The notes under the pieces were generated by a model. The model worked only from the letters and a program-made list of their open reading frames with translations. It was not told the origin of the DNA and ran no database searches. A stretch of DNA of 64,000 nucleotides. Source: an uncultured Lachnospiraceae bacterium (GTDB lineage: Bacteria > Bacillota > Clostridia > Christensenellales > UBA1242). Positions 27,245-37,481 of the stretch are shown piece by piece. The position numbers and the translations under genes were made by a program. Position 1 is the first letter of the stretch. Every line of letters starts with the position of its first letter. The stretch lies in contig CAZRJB010000001.1 in NCBI GenBank assembly GCA_964600435.1, positions 80,836-144,835 on the forward strand. The letters are read 5' to 3'.

Positions 27245-29509
27245 ATGGCAAAAATAAAAGAAGAAAAAATTTTAAACGACATTATGTCAAATTTTGGTGA
27301 TTGGTTTTTAAAAGATAAATCTCCACAAATGACAAAAAAGTTGTATCCTTATAAAAGAATATTTACTCCAATAAAAGTAAACAAACTTAAAATCAAAAAC
27401 AGAATTGTTATGGGGCCAATGGGCAACATAAGCATGTGTGAAGAAAGCGGAAGGCCGAATCATCAAATGTTAAGCTATTTTGAAGAGCGGGCAAAAGGTG
27501 GTGTTGGGTTAATAACAACGGGCTTGGTTCCAGTTAGTCATAAAATTGACCCAACCGTAACAGAACTTGGCAATTTAAGTTATTTTCCTCGAATTGATAA
27601 AAGCAGAACAAATTTGGCTGGATGGAGAGATTTGGCACATGTTTGTCATTCAAATGGAGCAGCAGTTTTTATTCAATTAACGGCAGGGCTTGGCAGAGTT
27701 GGCAATCCGCAATGCTTGGTCAATTCTTTAAAATTACCAGTTTCAGCTTCTTGGAATCCAAACTATTACATCCCACAAATTCCATGCAAACGCCTATCTT
27801 CTAGCAAAATCAAAAAAATAATAAAAAATGCTGGGCAAGCATCTGCCGATGCAAAAGCACTTCAAATTGATGGTGTATATTTACATGGTCACGAAGGATA
27901 TTTAATGGAACAATTAACAAATCCGGCATTTAATCGCAGAAAACTAGGGCGTTTTGCAGATTGGCAGGCATTTGGCATTGACATGGTTAAGGAAATTAGA
28001 AAAAGAGTCGGAAAAAACTATCCAATTATGTACAGAATAGATTTATCACTTGCCTTAAATGCAACATATGGCGAAAAAATGCAAAAAATTAAATCGCTTA
28101 AAAAATTCCGTCACGAAAGAAGGGTTGAAGAAACCTTAACTTACATGAAAAATCTTGTGGAAGCAGGTGTTGACATGTTTGACGTTGACTTGGGGTGTTA
28201 CGACAACTGGTGGTTGCCACATCCACCATCAAGCATGTCATCAGGTTGTTTTTTAGAAGTAAGCAAATTGGTTAAAGATTATTTTAAAGAAATAAATCTT
28301 AAATCAAACGTTGGTGAACAAGTTCCAATTGTGGCTGTTGGAAAACTAGGTTATCCAGACTTGGCAGAACAAGCACTAAAAGATGAAAAATGTGACATGG
28401 TTATGCTTGCACGTCCATTGCTTTCTGACCCAGATTGGGTTAACAAAGCATATGCCGGCAATGTGGAAGACATTGTTCCATGCATTGGCTGCCATGAGGC
28501 ATGCATAAAAGAGTTTGTGGACGGCGGACATCCACAATGTGCGGTAAATCCAAGAACAGCATTCGAATTTGAATTTTCAAAAGATATTCAACCATCAAAC
28601 ATAAAGAAAAAGGTTGCGGTGATTGGTGCAGGTCCTGCTGGTGTTGTTTCTGCAAAAACATTAATAGAAAGGGGACATGTTGTTGATTTGTTTGAAAAAT
28701 CTGGAGACATTGGCGGAATGCTAATCCCTGCTGGAAAAGCAAAAATTAAATATGAAATTGAAAACTATAGAAAATATTTGGTTAATGTTGTTTCAGGGTT
28801 AAAAAAGAACAAAAACTTTAACATTTACTTAAACACAGAAGCAACAATAAAACTTTTGTCTGAGAAAAAATATGATGCTGTTGTTGTTGCCACTGGTTCA
28901 AAACAAAATGATGTTAATATTGAGGGCGTAAATGCCAAAAATGTTAAATTTGCAATTGATGTTTACAACAATCCAAGCCTAGTTAAAAAAGCACAAAACA
29001 TAACGATTATTGGTGGTGGTGATAATGGTTGTGAACTAGCATATATGCTTGCATACGAATACAATAAAGATGTTTCAATTGTAGAAGTATCTCCAAACTT
29101 AATGGCAAATTCATGCACTGCAAACAGAGGGCACATTTTGCATTACTTAGATAAAAAGGGAGTTAAAACCTACAACTGTACAAAAGTTTTAAAAATTGAA
29201 AACAATAAGGTTGTTATAAGTCAAAATGTTTCAAAATCTGTGCCAAACCCTTACAACACATGGCAACCAATTTTGCCAGAGAACATAACCAATCCGTTGG
29301 CTAAAAAGATAAAAGAAGACTATCAAACCAAAGAAATCCCTTCTGATTTAACAATCATTGCATTTGGAACATCTTCAAACAACGATTTGTTTTATCAAAT
29401 TCAATCTTCAAACATTGTTAAAGAAGTTTATAATGTTGGAGATTCAAACCGCCAAGGCAAAGTTTTTACCGCTGTAAAAACTGCATATCGAAGATGTAGG
29501 TCAATTTAA
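27245..29509 (+). CDS. Two-domain flavoenzyme: OYE-like NADH:flavin oxidoreductase fused to an FAD/NAD(P)-binding domain (2,4-dienoyl-CoA reductase/enoate reductase family)
   Basis: An N-terminal TIM-barrel OYE pattern (NRIVMGPMG, HGHEGYL) is followed by a Cys cluster CIGCHEAC ... C, then GAGPAG and GGGDNG dinucleotide folds. I prefer the ATG at 27245 (GGGGA RBS) over the TTG at 27239. Confidence 0.85.
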   Translation: MAKIKEEKILNDIMSNFGDWFLKDKSPQMTKKLYPYKRIFTPIKVNKLKIKNRIVMGPMGNISMCEESGRPNHQMLSYFEERAKGGVGLITTGLVPVSHKIDPTVTELGNLSYFPRIDKSRTNLAGWRDLAHVCHSNGAAVFIQLTAGLGRVGNPQCLVNSLKLPVSASWNPNYYIPQIPCKRLSSSKIKKIIKNAGQASADAKALQIDGVYLHGHEGYLMEQLTNPAFNRRKLGRFADWQAFGIDMVKEIRKRVGKNYPIMYRIDLSLALNATYGEKMQKIKSLKKFRHERRVEETLTYMKNLVEAGVDMFDVDLGCYDNWWLPHPPSSMSSGCFLEVSKLVKDYFKEINLKSNVGEQVPIVAVGKLGYPDLAEQALKDEKCDMVMLARPLLSDPDWVNKAYAGNVEDIVPCIGCHEACIKEFVDGGHPQCAVNPRTAFEFEFSKDIQPSNIKKKVAVIGAGPAGVVSAKTLIERGHVVDLFEKSGDIGGMLIPAGKAKIKYEIENYRKYLVNVVSGLKKNKNFNIYLNTEATIKLLSEKKYDAVVVATGSKQNDVNIEGVNAKNVKFAIDVYNNPSLVKKAQNITIIGGGDNGCELAYMLAYEYNKDVSIVEVSPNLMANSCTANRGHILHYLDKKGVKTYNCTKVLKIENNKVVISQNVSKSVPNPYNTWQPILPENITNPLAKKIKEDYQTKEIPSDLTIIAFGTSSNNDLFYQIQSSNIVKEVYNVGDSNRQGKVFTAVKTAYRRCRSI

Positions 29510-29531
29510 AAAGGCTCATATATCAAACTTA

Positions 29532-29567
29532 ATACTCATACATTATTTTTGTATGAGTATTTTTTTA
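29532..29567 (+). terminator. Terminator after the oxidoreductase gene; its 3' arm contains the feoA start codon
   Basis: ATACTCATAC-attattttt-GTATGAGTAT followed by T7. The feoA ATG is at 29553-29555, inside the right arm. Confidence 0.7.
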
Positions 29568-29813
29568 AGTGATGCAAAAAAGGGTTCAACAGTAAAACTG
29601 ATAGGCTTTAACAAGTCCGCAAGCAAAAAAACAAAACGCAGACTTTTAGAACTTGGATTTTTGCAAAATAGTATCATAAAACTAGACCAAATTTCTTTTT
29701 TAAACGAAGTTTTGTTGGTTGAATTAAATGGATATTTAATATCTTTAAGAAAAGATATTGCTAAAAATATTGTTGTAGAAATGCAAAACAAAGGTGGAAC
29801 ATATGCAAAATAG
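29553..29813 (+). CDS. feoA: Ferrous iron transport protein A
   Basis: 86 aa. GSTVKLIGFN ... RRLLELGF ... ISLRKDIAKNIVVE matches the FeoA SH3-like pattern. It overlaps the feoB start. Confidence 0.85.
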   Translation: MSIFLSDAKKGSTVKLIGFNKSASKKTKRRLLELGFLQNSIIKLDQISFLNEVLLVELNGYLISLRKDIAKNIVVEMQNKGGTYAK

Positions 29814-31959
29814 AGAAGTCATTCTTTTGGGCAATCCAAACACAGGCAAAACAACACTTTTTAACACACTAACAAAATCAAACGAACACACAGGCAATTG
29901 GCATGGTGTTACGGTTGATAGCAAAGAAAAAAAATATATATACAACAATCAAGAATTCAAACTTGTTGACTTGCCAGGCATATATTCTTTAACCCCGCTA
30001 TCTTTTGAAGAAAGTGTGTCTGTTGATTATCTATATTCAAACAGCAAAACTCTTGTTGTTAACATTGTTGATATAAACAACATATACAGAAATCTATATT
30101 TAACATTGGAACTAATCAACTTAAACCATCCCACTATTTTGGTTATAAATCAAACAACAAAACCAGAAAAATCTTTATATTATATAGACGAAAAAAAATT
30201 AGAAAAAATATTGGGAATAAAGGTTGTAAAAATAGATGCAGAAAAACAGAATGAAATAATAAAATTAAAAAAAGAAATATATAATTATTATAACAAACCA
30301 AATGGTTCAAAAATTAACGAACAAATCAACAAACCCAGCAAAATTCAAGAAAAAGTGACAAATTTAATTAAAAATAATTCTAAAAAATTTAATTTAAATA
30401 TAAATTATCTTGCATTAAAATGTTTGGAAAACGACGAAAAAATAATAGATAAATTAAATCTGGACAAAACTCAAAAAATTGAATTAACAAAACTGCAAGA
30501 ACAAACTTCTTTAGAAATTTTAATTGGTGAAAAATATTCCACCATAAAAAACATTGTAGACCAATCGACAATAACAAAATCCAAAAGGGTATATGGTAAA
30601 AGCGCAATAGACAAAGTTGTTTTAAACAAATTTTTGTGTTTGCCAATTTTTATGCTGGTTATGTTGGCAATTTTTTACTTTACTTTTTTTTCTGTTGGAA
30701 AATACTTAAGTGAAGTCTTGTCAACTTTTGTTCAAAACACAGTTGGCGGAGCACTTATTTCTTTTGTGAAAAGCATAACCAATAACGAAATAATCTTGGA
30801 CTTTTTTTCAACTGCAATAATTGGCGGCTTGGGTTCGGTTTTTTCATTTTTGCCGCAAGTTGTTATTCTGTTTTTGTGCTTGGGGATTTTAGAGGATAGT
30901 GGTTATTTATCACGAGTTGCTTTTTCTTTAGATGATATATTTTCAAAAGTTGGTTTGTCAGGAAAGAGTGTTTACACGCTTTTAATGGGGTTTGGTTGCT
31001 CAACAAGTGCATGCTTAACAGCGCGAACAATGGAAGATAAAAATTCTAAAATAAAAACAGCAATGCTAGCACCATACATGAGTTGCAGCGCAAAGTTGCC
31101 AATTTATGCCGTTATTGGTTCAGCGTTTTTTGGCGCAAGCAATGTGTTTGTTGTGTTTTCTCTTTATATGCTTGGTGTTGTTGTGGCGTTAATTCTTAGC
31201 ATTTTTTATGAAAAAACTTTTCTAAAAAGCAAAGAACAGTCATTCATTTTAGAATTTCCACCATATAGAATAACAAAACCAAAACGTTTAATTTGTTTGT
31301 GTTTAGATAGCATAAAAATGTTTTTAATTCGTATTGGTTCTTTGCTTGTTTCGGTTAACATTATTGTTTGGGTTTTATCTAGTTTTTCATTCAAATTTGC
31401 ATTTGTTCAATTGCAAGGTGGAATTAGCATGTTAGAGTCACTAGGAAAAGTTTTGTCACCAATTTTTGTTCCTTTGGGGTTTGGAACATGGGGCGCAACA
31501 TCTGCATTAATTGCGGGATTAATTGCAAAAGAAATAATAGTTTCAAGCATTGCCATGTTTAACGGAATTTCAATGGGAGAATCTGGCATAAACAACAAAA
31601 TTTCTGCAAGTTTAAGAGTTGTCAACAATCCTGTTTATTTTTCTCCGGCTAGTGCATTGTCGTATATGGTTTTTTGTTTGCTTTATTCACCATGCTTAGC
31701 AACAATTGCTGTCTTAAAAAAAGAAGTTGGCAAAAAATGGACTTTTGTTTCCATAATTGTCCAATTTGTTTTGGCATATGTAATTTCTTTAATCGTTTTT
31801 GTTTCGGTAAGTTTAATATTAAACAAAGGCATTTGGTTGTTTGTTTTGTTTGTTGCAGTTTTTCTTTTGGTTTTGTTTTCTGTTGTTAGTTTGCTTAAAA
31901 AATTTCATCATAAAAAAACATGCAAAAATTGTAGAAAATGTAACAAAGTACATAATTAA
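29803..31959 (+). CDS. feoB: Ferrous iron transporter FeoB with a C-terminal TM plus Cys-rich tail
   Basis: The G domain is LLGNPNTGKTTLFN ... DLPG, followed by a polytopic membrane domain. The tail is ...VLFSVVSLLKKFHHKKTCKNCRKCNKVHN. AAAGGTGG precedes the ATG at 29803. Confidence 0.93.
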   Translation: MQNREVILLGNPNTGKTTLFNTLTKSNEHTGNWHGVTVDSKEKKYIYNNQEFKLVDLPGIYSLTPLSFEESVSVDYLYSNSKTLVVNIVDINNIYRNLYLTLELINLNHPTILVINQTTKPEKSLYYIDEKKLEKILGIKVVKIDAEKQNEIIKLKKEIYNYYNKPNGSKINEQINKPSKIQEKVTNLIKNNSKKFNLNINYLALKCLENDEKIIDKLNLDKTQKIELTKLQEQTSLEILIGEKYSTIKNIVDQSTITKSKRVYGKSAIDKVVLNKFLCLPIFMLVMLAIFYFTFFSVGKYLSEVLSTFVQNTVGGALISFVKSITNNEIILDFFSTAIIGGLGSVFSFLPQVVILFLCLGILEDSGYLSRVAFSLDDIFSKVGLSGKSVYTLLMGFGCSTSACLTARTMEDKNSKIKTAMLAPYMSCSAKLPIYAVIGSAFFGASNVFVVFSLYMLGVVVALILSIFYEKTFLKSKEQSFILEFPPYRITKPKRLICLCLDSIKMFLIRIGSLLVSVNIIVWVLSSFSFKFAFVQLQGGISMLESLGKVLSPIFVPLGFGTWGATSALIAGLIAKEIIVSSIAMFNGISMGESGINNKISASLRVVNNPVYFSPASALSYMVFCLLYSPCLATIAVLKKEVGKKWTFVSIIVQFVLAYVISLIVFVSVSLILNKGIWLFVLFVAVFLLVLFSVVSLLKKFHHKKTCKNCRKCNKVHN

Positions 31960-32000
31960 TTTTAAATTATTCATACTAAAGAAAAAAAGGATGTTGTTTC

Positions 32001-32636
32001 ATGACTTTTTCTATTATTCTTTTGGGCGTTCTTCTTATTTTAGTCACATTTAATGTTGGGGAAAGCGTATACAAAAAACTTAAATTAAAAAAAATAACAT
32101 TAATCCTAATGCTAATTTTAACTCTTGGGCTATATTTTATTCCATCAATAACTTTGGGCAATTTTGGGTTTAGTTTGGTTGGCTTCTTTTTGCCATTTGC
32201 TTTTTCAATAGTTGTTCTGTTTAAAGTTAGAAACATAAAAGAATACTTTAAAATGTTTGTTGCCGTTTTGGTTGCATTTGCTTTAAACATTGTTTATAAC
32301 TTAATAACTTTTGATGTTTACGAAAGTTCAATCTTGCAACCATATCTTTTTTTAGGGGTTTTGCTTGGAACTTTGCCGTTGTTTATAACATCAAATCCAA
32401 ACAGGCTTTATGCATCAAACTTTATCGGCATTGCATTGTCTGAAATTGTTTTTTATTTATCAAGATATTCCATATATGGTGACTACTACATGCTAATTGG
32501 AAGTGAGAAAATGTTTGCTGTTTTGCTTGTGTCATTTACGGTTTCTTTGCTTACGTCATTTTTTGCAAGAAAAATCCATGCATTTTTTGTCAAGAAAAAA
32601 CATAGAGAAAAAGAAAGTCAGGTTGCTCAAGACTAA
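32001..32636 (+). CDS. Integral membrane protein, about 6 TM, unknown function (same position as Bacillus yphA upstream of der)
   Basis: 211 aa, hydrophobic throughout. The call rests on position only. Confidence 0.55.
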   Translation: MTFSIILLGVLLILVTFNVGESVYKKLKLKKITLILMLILTLGLYFIPSITLGNFGFSLVGFFLPFAFSIVVLFKVRNIKEYFKMFVAVLVAFALNIVYNLITFDVYESSILQPYLFLGVLLGTLPLFITSNPNRLYASNFIGIALSEIVFYLSRYSIYGDYYMLIGSEKMFAVLLVSFTVSLLTSFFARKIHAFFVKKKHREKESQVAQD

Positions 32637-32741
32637 ACTTTATATATATCACAACATGCAAAAATTGGAATGATTAAAAATTAACTTTACTTTGTTGTTA
32701 CAAATATGCTAAACTTTATACAAATATTTAAAGGAGTTACA

Positions 32742-34067
32742 ATGAAAAAGCCGTTAGTTGCAGTTGTGGGCAGGCCAAATGTAGGCAAAAGCACATTTTT
32801 CAATAAAATATGCGGAAAAAGAATCAGCATTGTAGATAACACACCGGGCGTTACTCGAGATAGAATATACGCCGATGCGGAGTGGTGCGGATATAATTTT
32901 AGAATGGTAGATACTGGTGGCTTAGACGCAAAATCGTCAGACGTTTTTCAAACCAACATTAAAGAACAAGCCAACATTGCAATCGACTTGGCAGATGTAA
33001 TTGTTTTAATGGTTGATGGCAAAGATGGTTTAACGCAAAATGACCACGAAGTAGCAGAATATCTCAGAAAATGCAAAAAACCAATTGTTTTGGTTGTTAA
33101 CAAGCTAGACAATTTTGAAGTAGAAAACACATATGATTTTTATGCCTTAGGGGTTGGAGAACCATTTCCAATTTCGTGTGAACAATCAAAAGGCTTGGGT
33201 GAAGTTTTAGACAAAATTGTTTCATATTTTCCTAACAGAAATTTAAACGATGAACAATCCGACAGAATCAAAATTGCAATAGTGGGCAGGCCAAATGTTG
33301 GCAAAAGCAGCATAACAAATAGGTTGATTGGTGAAAATCGTGTGGTTGTTAGCGATGTTGCTGGAACAACACGAGATGCCATAGAAACAGATTTTAATTA
33401 TAACGGCAAAGAATACACTTTAATTGACACTGCTGGCTTACGCAGAAAACGTGGAGTGGAGCATGAAACAGTAGAAAGTTATTCGGTTATTCGCTCAATA
33501 GAAGCAATAAAGCGTGCCGATGTTGTTTTAATTGTTATGGATTCTAGCGAAGAAATTTCAGAACAAGATGTTAGAATTGCGGGTTATGTTCACGAAGAAG
33601 GCAAACCATCTGTTGTTGTAATGAACAAATGGGACAAAATTGACAATAAAACAGGAAACACCATAAATTCTTATTTAGACAATCTAAAACAAAAACTTTC
33701 TTTTATGGACTACTTTATTCCAGTTTTTACCTCGGCATTAACAGGCAAACGCTTAACAGATGTTATTGAAAAAATCAATTTGGCATATAATAATTCAAAC
33801 AAAAGAATTTCCACTGGCAACCTAAACGATTTGTTGTCCAGTGCAATTCTTTCCAACGAACCCCCATACAGAAATGGAAAAAAATTAAAAATTCAATATA
33901 TCACACAGGTTCAAGTTGCTCCACCAACATTTGTGTTGTTTGTTAACGATGCAACTCTTATGCATTTTTCATATTTGCGTTATTTAGAAAACAGATTTAG
34001 AGATGCAGTTGATTTTTCTGGCACTCCAATCAGATTTATAACCAGAAGCAAAGAAAGTGATAATTAA
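32742..34067 (+). CDS. der: Ribosome-associated GTPase Der/EngA
   Basis: Two tandem G domains (GRPNVGKST twice) plus a KH-like C-terminus. AAAGGAG precedes the ATG at 32742, so the ORF-track start at 32706 is rejected. Confidence 0.95.
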   Translation: MKKPLVAVVGRPNVGKSTFFNKICGKRISIVDNTPGVTRDRIYADAEWCGYNFRMVDTGGLDAKSSDVFQTNIKEQANIAIDLADVIVLMVDGKDGLTQNDHEVAEYLRKCKKPIVLVVNKLDNFEVENTYDFYALGVGEPFPISCEQSKGLGEVLDKIVSYFPNRNLNDEQSDRIKIAIVGRPNVGKSSITNRLIGENRVVVSDVAGTTRDAIETDFNYNGKEYTLIDTAGLRRKRGVEHETVESYSVIRSIEAIKRADVVLIVMDSSEEISEQDVRIAGYVHEEGKPSVVVMNKWDKIDNKTGNTINSYLDNLKQKLSFMDYFIPVFTSALTGKRLTDVIEKINLAYNNSNKRISTGNLNDLLSSAILSNEPPYRNGKKLKIQYITQVQVAPPTFVLFVNDATLMHFSYLRYLENRFRDAVDFSGTPIRFITRSKESDN

Positions 34068-34079
34068 AAAAAGGGCAAA

Positions 34080-34787
34080 ATGTTTTTAACAGTTATAAAA
34101 TTTATTATGTTAGTTTTTGGCGGATACATGCTGGGCAACTTTAGTTCAGCAAAGTTTTTGTCATGGCTAAAACATGACGACATAACCAAACATGGCAGCG
34201 GTAATCCGGGAACAATGAACATGGTCAGAACGTTTGGTTTTAAATTGGGGTTTTTAACTTTGGTTATGGATGCTCTAAAGGGTGCAATTCCAGCATTTGT
34301 TGGTTTTGCAATTTTTGGAGGACTATCAAACCCAACAGACATATCTTATGTGGCACTTTTTGTTGGTGGAATTTCTGCAATTATAGGGCATATTTTCCCG
34401 GTTATATACAAATTTAAAGGTGGCAAGGGCGTTGCTTGTGTTTTTGGAGTTTTTGCAGTAGCAGAACCAATTTGGACATTGATTATGTTTGTTGTTTGCT
34501 TATTATATTTAATCATTTTTAAATATGGCGCAATTGCTTCGTTTATTTTAATAACAGTTTTAACAATCATTGAAGGTTTTAGATTTAGAGGGAACATTGT
34601 AATTTGTTTGCTGTTGTTTGGAATTTTCTTTTTAATTTGGTTTATGCATAGGCAAAACTTTTTCAGACTTTTAATTGGCAAAGAAAACAAGGTCAATCTT
34701 TTTAAAAACAAAAAGAAAAAAACTAAACTTAACAAGCAAGAGAAAAAAGAAATAAAACAAGAAAACAAAAGCAAAGAAATAGGGTAA
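34080..34787 (+). CDS. plsY: Acyl-phosphate:glycerol-3-phosphate acyltransferase PlsY with a Lys-rich C-terminal tail
   Basis: GSGNPGTMN, DALKG and GHIFP ... FKGGKG motifs. There is a tail of about 35 aa: KNKKKKTKLNKQEKKEIKQENKSKEIG. Confidence 0.9.
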   Translation: MFLTVIKFIMLVFGGYMLGNFSSAKFLSWLKHDDITKHGSGNPGTMNMVRTFGFKLGFLTLVMDALKGAIPAFVGFAIFGGLSNPTDISYVALFVGGISAIIGHIFPVIYKFKGGKGVACVFGVFAVAEPIWTLIMFVVCLLYLIIFKYGAIASFILITVLTIIEGFRFRGNIVICLLLFGIFFLIWFMHRQNFFRLLIGKENKVNLFKNKKKKTKLNKQEKKEIKQENKSKEIG

Positions 34788-34794
34788 AATTTAA

Positions 34795-36909
34795 ATGACT
34801 CCAGAATTATTGTCTCCGGCAGGAAATTTTGAAAGTTTGAAAATGGCAGTTTATGCAGGCGCAACTGCCGTTTATTTTGGTGCAAAAAACTTTAATGCAA
34901 GAGCAAAAGCAGACAATTTTGGTGAAAATCTTAAAAATGCAGTTGCTTTTGCTCATATGTTTGGAACAAAGGTATATTTAACTCTTAACACAATAATAGA
35001 AAATAACGAAATTGAAGAACTCTATAAAACAATTTCAAATGCAATAGAGTCAAATGTTGATGCATTCATTGTTCAAGACTTTGGTGTTTTAAACATTCTA
35101 AAAAATCATTTTCCACAAGCAGAAATTCATGCTAGCACACAAATGGCAGTAAACAACTATAAAGGTGCAATCATGGCTGAACAAATGGGCATAAAAAGGG
35201 TTGTTTTATCTAGAGAAACATCTCTAGAAGATATAAAACTTATCAAGCAAAAAACAAATTTAGAAATTGAGTATTTTATTCAAGGTGCATTGTGTGTTTG
35301 CTTTTCTGGTAATTGCTATATGTCGTCATACCTTTTTTCAAAAAGCGGGAACAGGGGCGAATGCATGCAGCCTTGTCGCTTGCCAATAAAAGCATTTTTA
35401 AAGGGCAAACAAATTGCAAATGGATATTTGTTTTCAGCAAAAGATATAAACATGTCAAACCGCTTAAAAGATTTAGTCAATGCAGGGGTAGACAGCTTTA
35501 AAATTGAAGGCAGACTGCGTCGTCCAGCCTATGTTTATGCAGTTACAAAAACATATAAAAAAATATTAGAAAACAACTTTAAAGCAACCGAGCAAGACCA
35601 AACAGTTTTAAAAAAATCATTTAACAGGGGTGATTTCACACAAGGTTATTTAAACGGAAATGGCAACATTATAGACAGCAATATTCAAGGCCATAAAGGA
35701 ATAAAAATTGGCAAAGTTGTTGGTTTTAAAAAAGGGAAAAAGTTTAACGTGTTATCCATAAAGGCAAACTGTTTGCACAAAGGTGATAGCATAAAAATAA
35801 TAAACAACAATGTTGAACAAGCGACCATCACGGCAATGGATTTAAAAGAAAATAATGGTGTTTTTGAAATAACCACAACAGCACATTTGCAACCTGTTGG
35901 AGATGTTCACTTGATTTTGGACTCTGTTCAAGAAAGCGAATATACAAACACAACAAAAAAACTCCCATTAAACTTGCTAGTAGTTGCAAAAAAGAATCAG
36001 CCAATAAAAATTGAATATTGTTTAACATATTCAATCAACTCGCAACCAAAAAATTTAACGGGGGAAATTGTTGGGGAAACATGCCAAAGCGCAACCACAA
36101 TGCCTTTAACTCAAAACTCGGCACAAGACAGTTTTAAAAAACTTGCAGAAACAAATTTTTGCTTAAACAAATTTGAACTTCAAACAGATAATGTTTTTAT
36201 AACAAAAAAATATTTAAACGAATTAAGAAGAGAATTAATTGAAAAAATTAATTGTTGTTTTTTAAAAGAAACAAAAATAAAAAAAGAAAATGTTAATTTA
36301 AAACCTAAAAAAGCAACAAATATTGCAAAAAAATCAAAAAATATCACCCTTGAAATTAGTGATGGTTTTGCTTCAAAATGTGATTTTTTTGTTGTTAAAC
36401 CTAAAGATTATATAAATTTCAATTATAAAAAAATTACTCATCAAAATGCATTTTTATATATTCCTTCATTTTTGCCAAAAAAAGATTTGGAAATTGTAGA
36501 AAATGTATTAAAAAATAATAAAAATTTAGGTGTGTATGCTCAAAATATCGGAGCATTAAATTTAAGCAACAAAACAATTTTAGGTGCAAAACTTAACATA
36601 AAAAATGTTTTTGCTGTAAAACAATTATTGGCACAAAATGTTGTTTTGATTGAAGCGTCGCCAGAATTGTCGCAAAAAAATTTTGAAATATTAAACAATT
36701 CTTTTGATGTTGACATGGTTCAGTCAAACTTAAACAATTTTGAACTAATGACGTTTTTGCATTGTCCAATAAAAACAATTTTTAAAAATAATTGTTCAAG
36801 TTGTAAATATTCAGATAATTTAGAATATCAAATGCAAAATGGCAAAAAGTTTGTTCTTGAAAGGTACAAAATTGCAACTTGTTATTTTTCTTTGCATGCA
36901 AAACGCTAA
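34795..36909 (+). CDS. U32-family peptidase-like protein (long form)
   Basis: PELLSPAGNFESLKMAVYAGATAVYFG N-terminus and E-x-F-x-x-G-x-x-C-x-x-x-S-G-x-C block (IEYFIQGALCVCFSGNCYMS). Confidence 0.85.
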   Translation: MTPELLSPAGNFESLKMAVYAGATAVYFGAKNFNARAKADNFGENLKNAVAFAHMFGTKVYLTLNTIIENNEIEELYKTISNAIESNVDAFIVQDFGVLNILKNHFPQAEIHASTQMAVNNYKGAIMAEQMGIKRVVLSRETSLEDIKLIKQKTNLEIEYFIQGALCVCFSGNCYMSSYLFSKSGNRGECMQPCRLPIKAFLKGKQIANGYLFSAKDINMSNRLKDLVNAGVDSFKIEGRLRRPAYVYAVTKTYKKILENNFKATEQDQTVLKKSFNRGDFTQGYLNGNGNIIDSNIQGHKGIKIGKVVGFKKGKKFNVLSIKANCLHKGDSIKIINNNVEQATITAMDLKENNGVFEITTTAHLQPVGDVHLILDSVQESEYTNTTKKLPLNLLVVAKKNQPIKIEYCLTYSINSQPKNLTGEIVGETCQSATTMPLTQNSAQDSFKKLAETNFCLNKFELQTDNVFITKKYLNELRRELIEKINCCFLKETKIKKENVNLKPKKATNIAKKSKNITLEISDGFASKCDFFVVKPKDYINFNYKKITHQNAFLYIPSFLPKKDLEIVENVLKNNKNLGVYAQNIGALNLSNKTILGAKLNIKNVFAVKQLLAQNVVLIEASPELSQKNFEILNNSFDVDMVQSNLNNFELMTFLHCPIKTIFKNNCSSCKYSDNLEYQMQNGKKFVLERYKIATCYFSLHAKR

Positions 36910-36936
36910 AAACATTGCAATTGTAATAAAAAATTG

Positions 36937-36965
36937 TTTACAACCACCGCAAAATATGGTATAGT
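36937..36965 (+). promoter_or_regulatory. Extended -10 SigA promoter upstream of nrdR
   Basis: TTTACA (36937-36942), 17-bp spacer, TGgTATAGT (36957-36965). Confidence 0.5.
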
Positions 36966-37028
36966 TACTACAAAATTCAACAACCAGTTGAATGTTTTAT
37001 TAATTTTAATTCAAATAGAGGACTTGTT

Positions 37029-37472
37029 ATGAAATGTATTTATTGTGGATTTGAAGACTCCAAAGTTATAGATTCTCGCTCAACCGTAGAAACAAATTCA
37101 ATCAGAAGAAGAAGAGAGTGTTTAAATTGTGGCAAACGCTGGACAACTTACGAAACAGTAGAAAGTGTGCCAATTTTGGTTGTTAAAAAAAATGGGTCAA
37201 TTCAACCATTTGATAAAAATAAGATAATAAACGGCATAATCAAAGCGTGTGAAAAAAGGCCTGTAACTTTAACCCAAATAGAAGGCATTGCAGAAGATAT
37301 AGAAAAAGTTTTAACCGACAAAATGGTTAAAGAAGTTAACTCAATTTCTTTAGGCGACATGGTAATGGAACGCTTGAAACCACTAGACGACGTTGCTTAC
37401 ATTCGTTTTGCATCGGTTTATCGTCAATTTACTGATTTAGAAAACTTTAAAAATTTTATTAGCGAAATATAG
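37029..37472 (+). CDS. nrdR: Transcriptional repressor NrdR
   Basis: MKCIYCGFEDSKVIDSR ... CLNCGKRWTTYE zinc ribbon plus ATP-cone. Confidence 0.95.
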   Translation: MKCIYCGFEDSKVIDSRSTVETNSIRRRRECLNCGKRWTTYETVESVPILVVKKNGSIQPFDKNKIINGIIKACEKRPVTLTQIEGIAEDIEKVLTDKMVKEVNSISLGDMVMERLKPLDDVAYIRFASVYRQFTDLENFKNFISEI

Positions 37473-37481
37473 GAGCAAAAA

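Noticed and set aside
34680-34787. The Lys-rich C-terminal tail of PlsY as a functional appendage
   Set aside because: It is a low-complexity AAA/AAG-rich extension in an AT-rich genome. That is plausibly neutral, and no evidence from the sequence supports a function.
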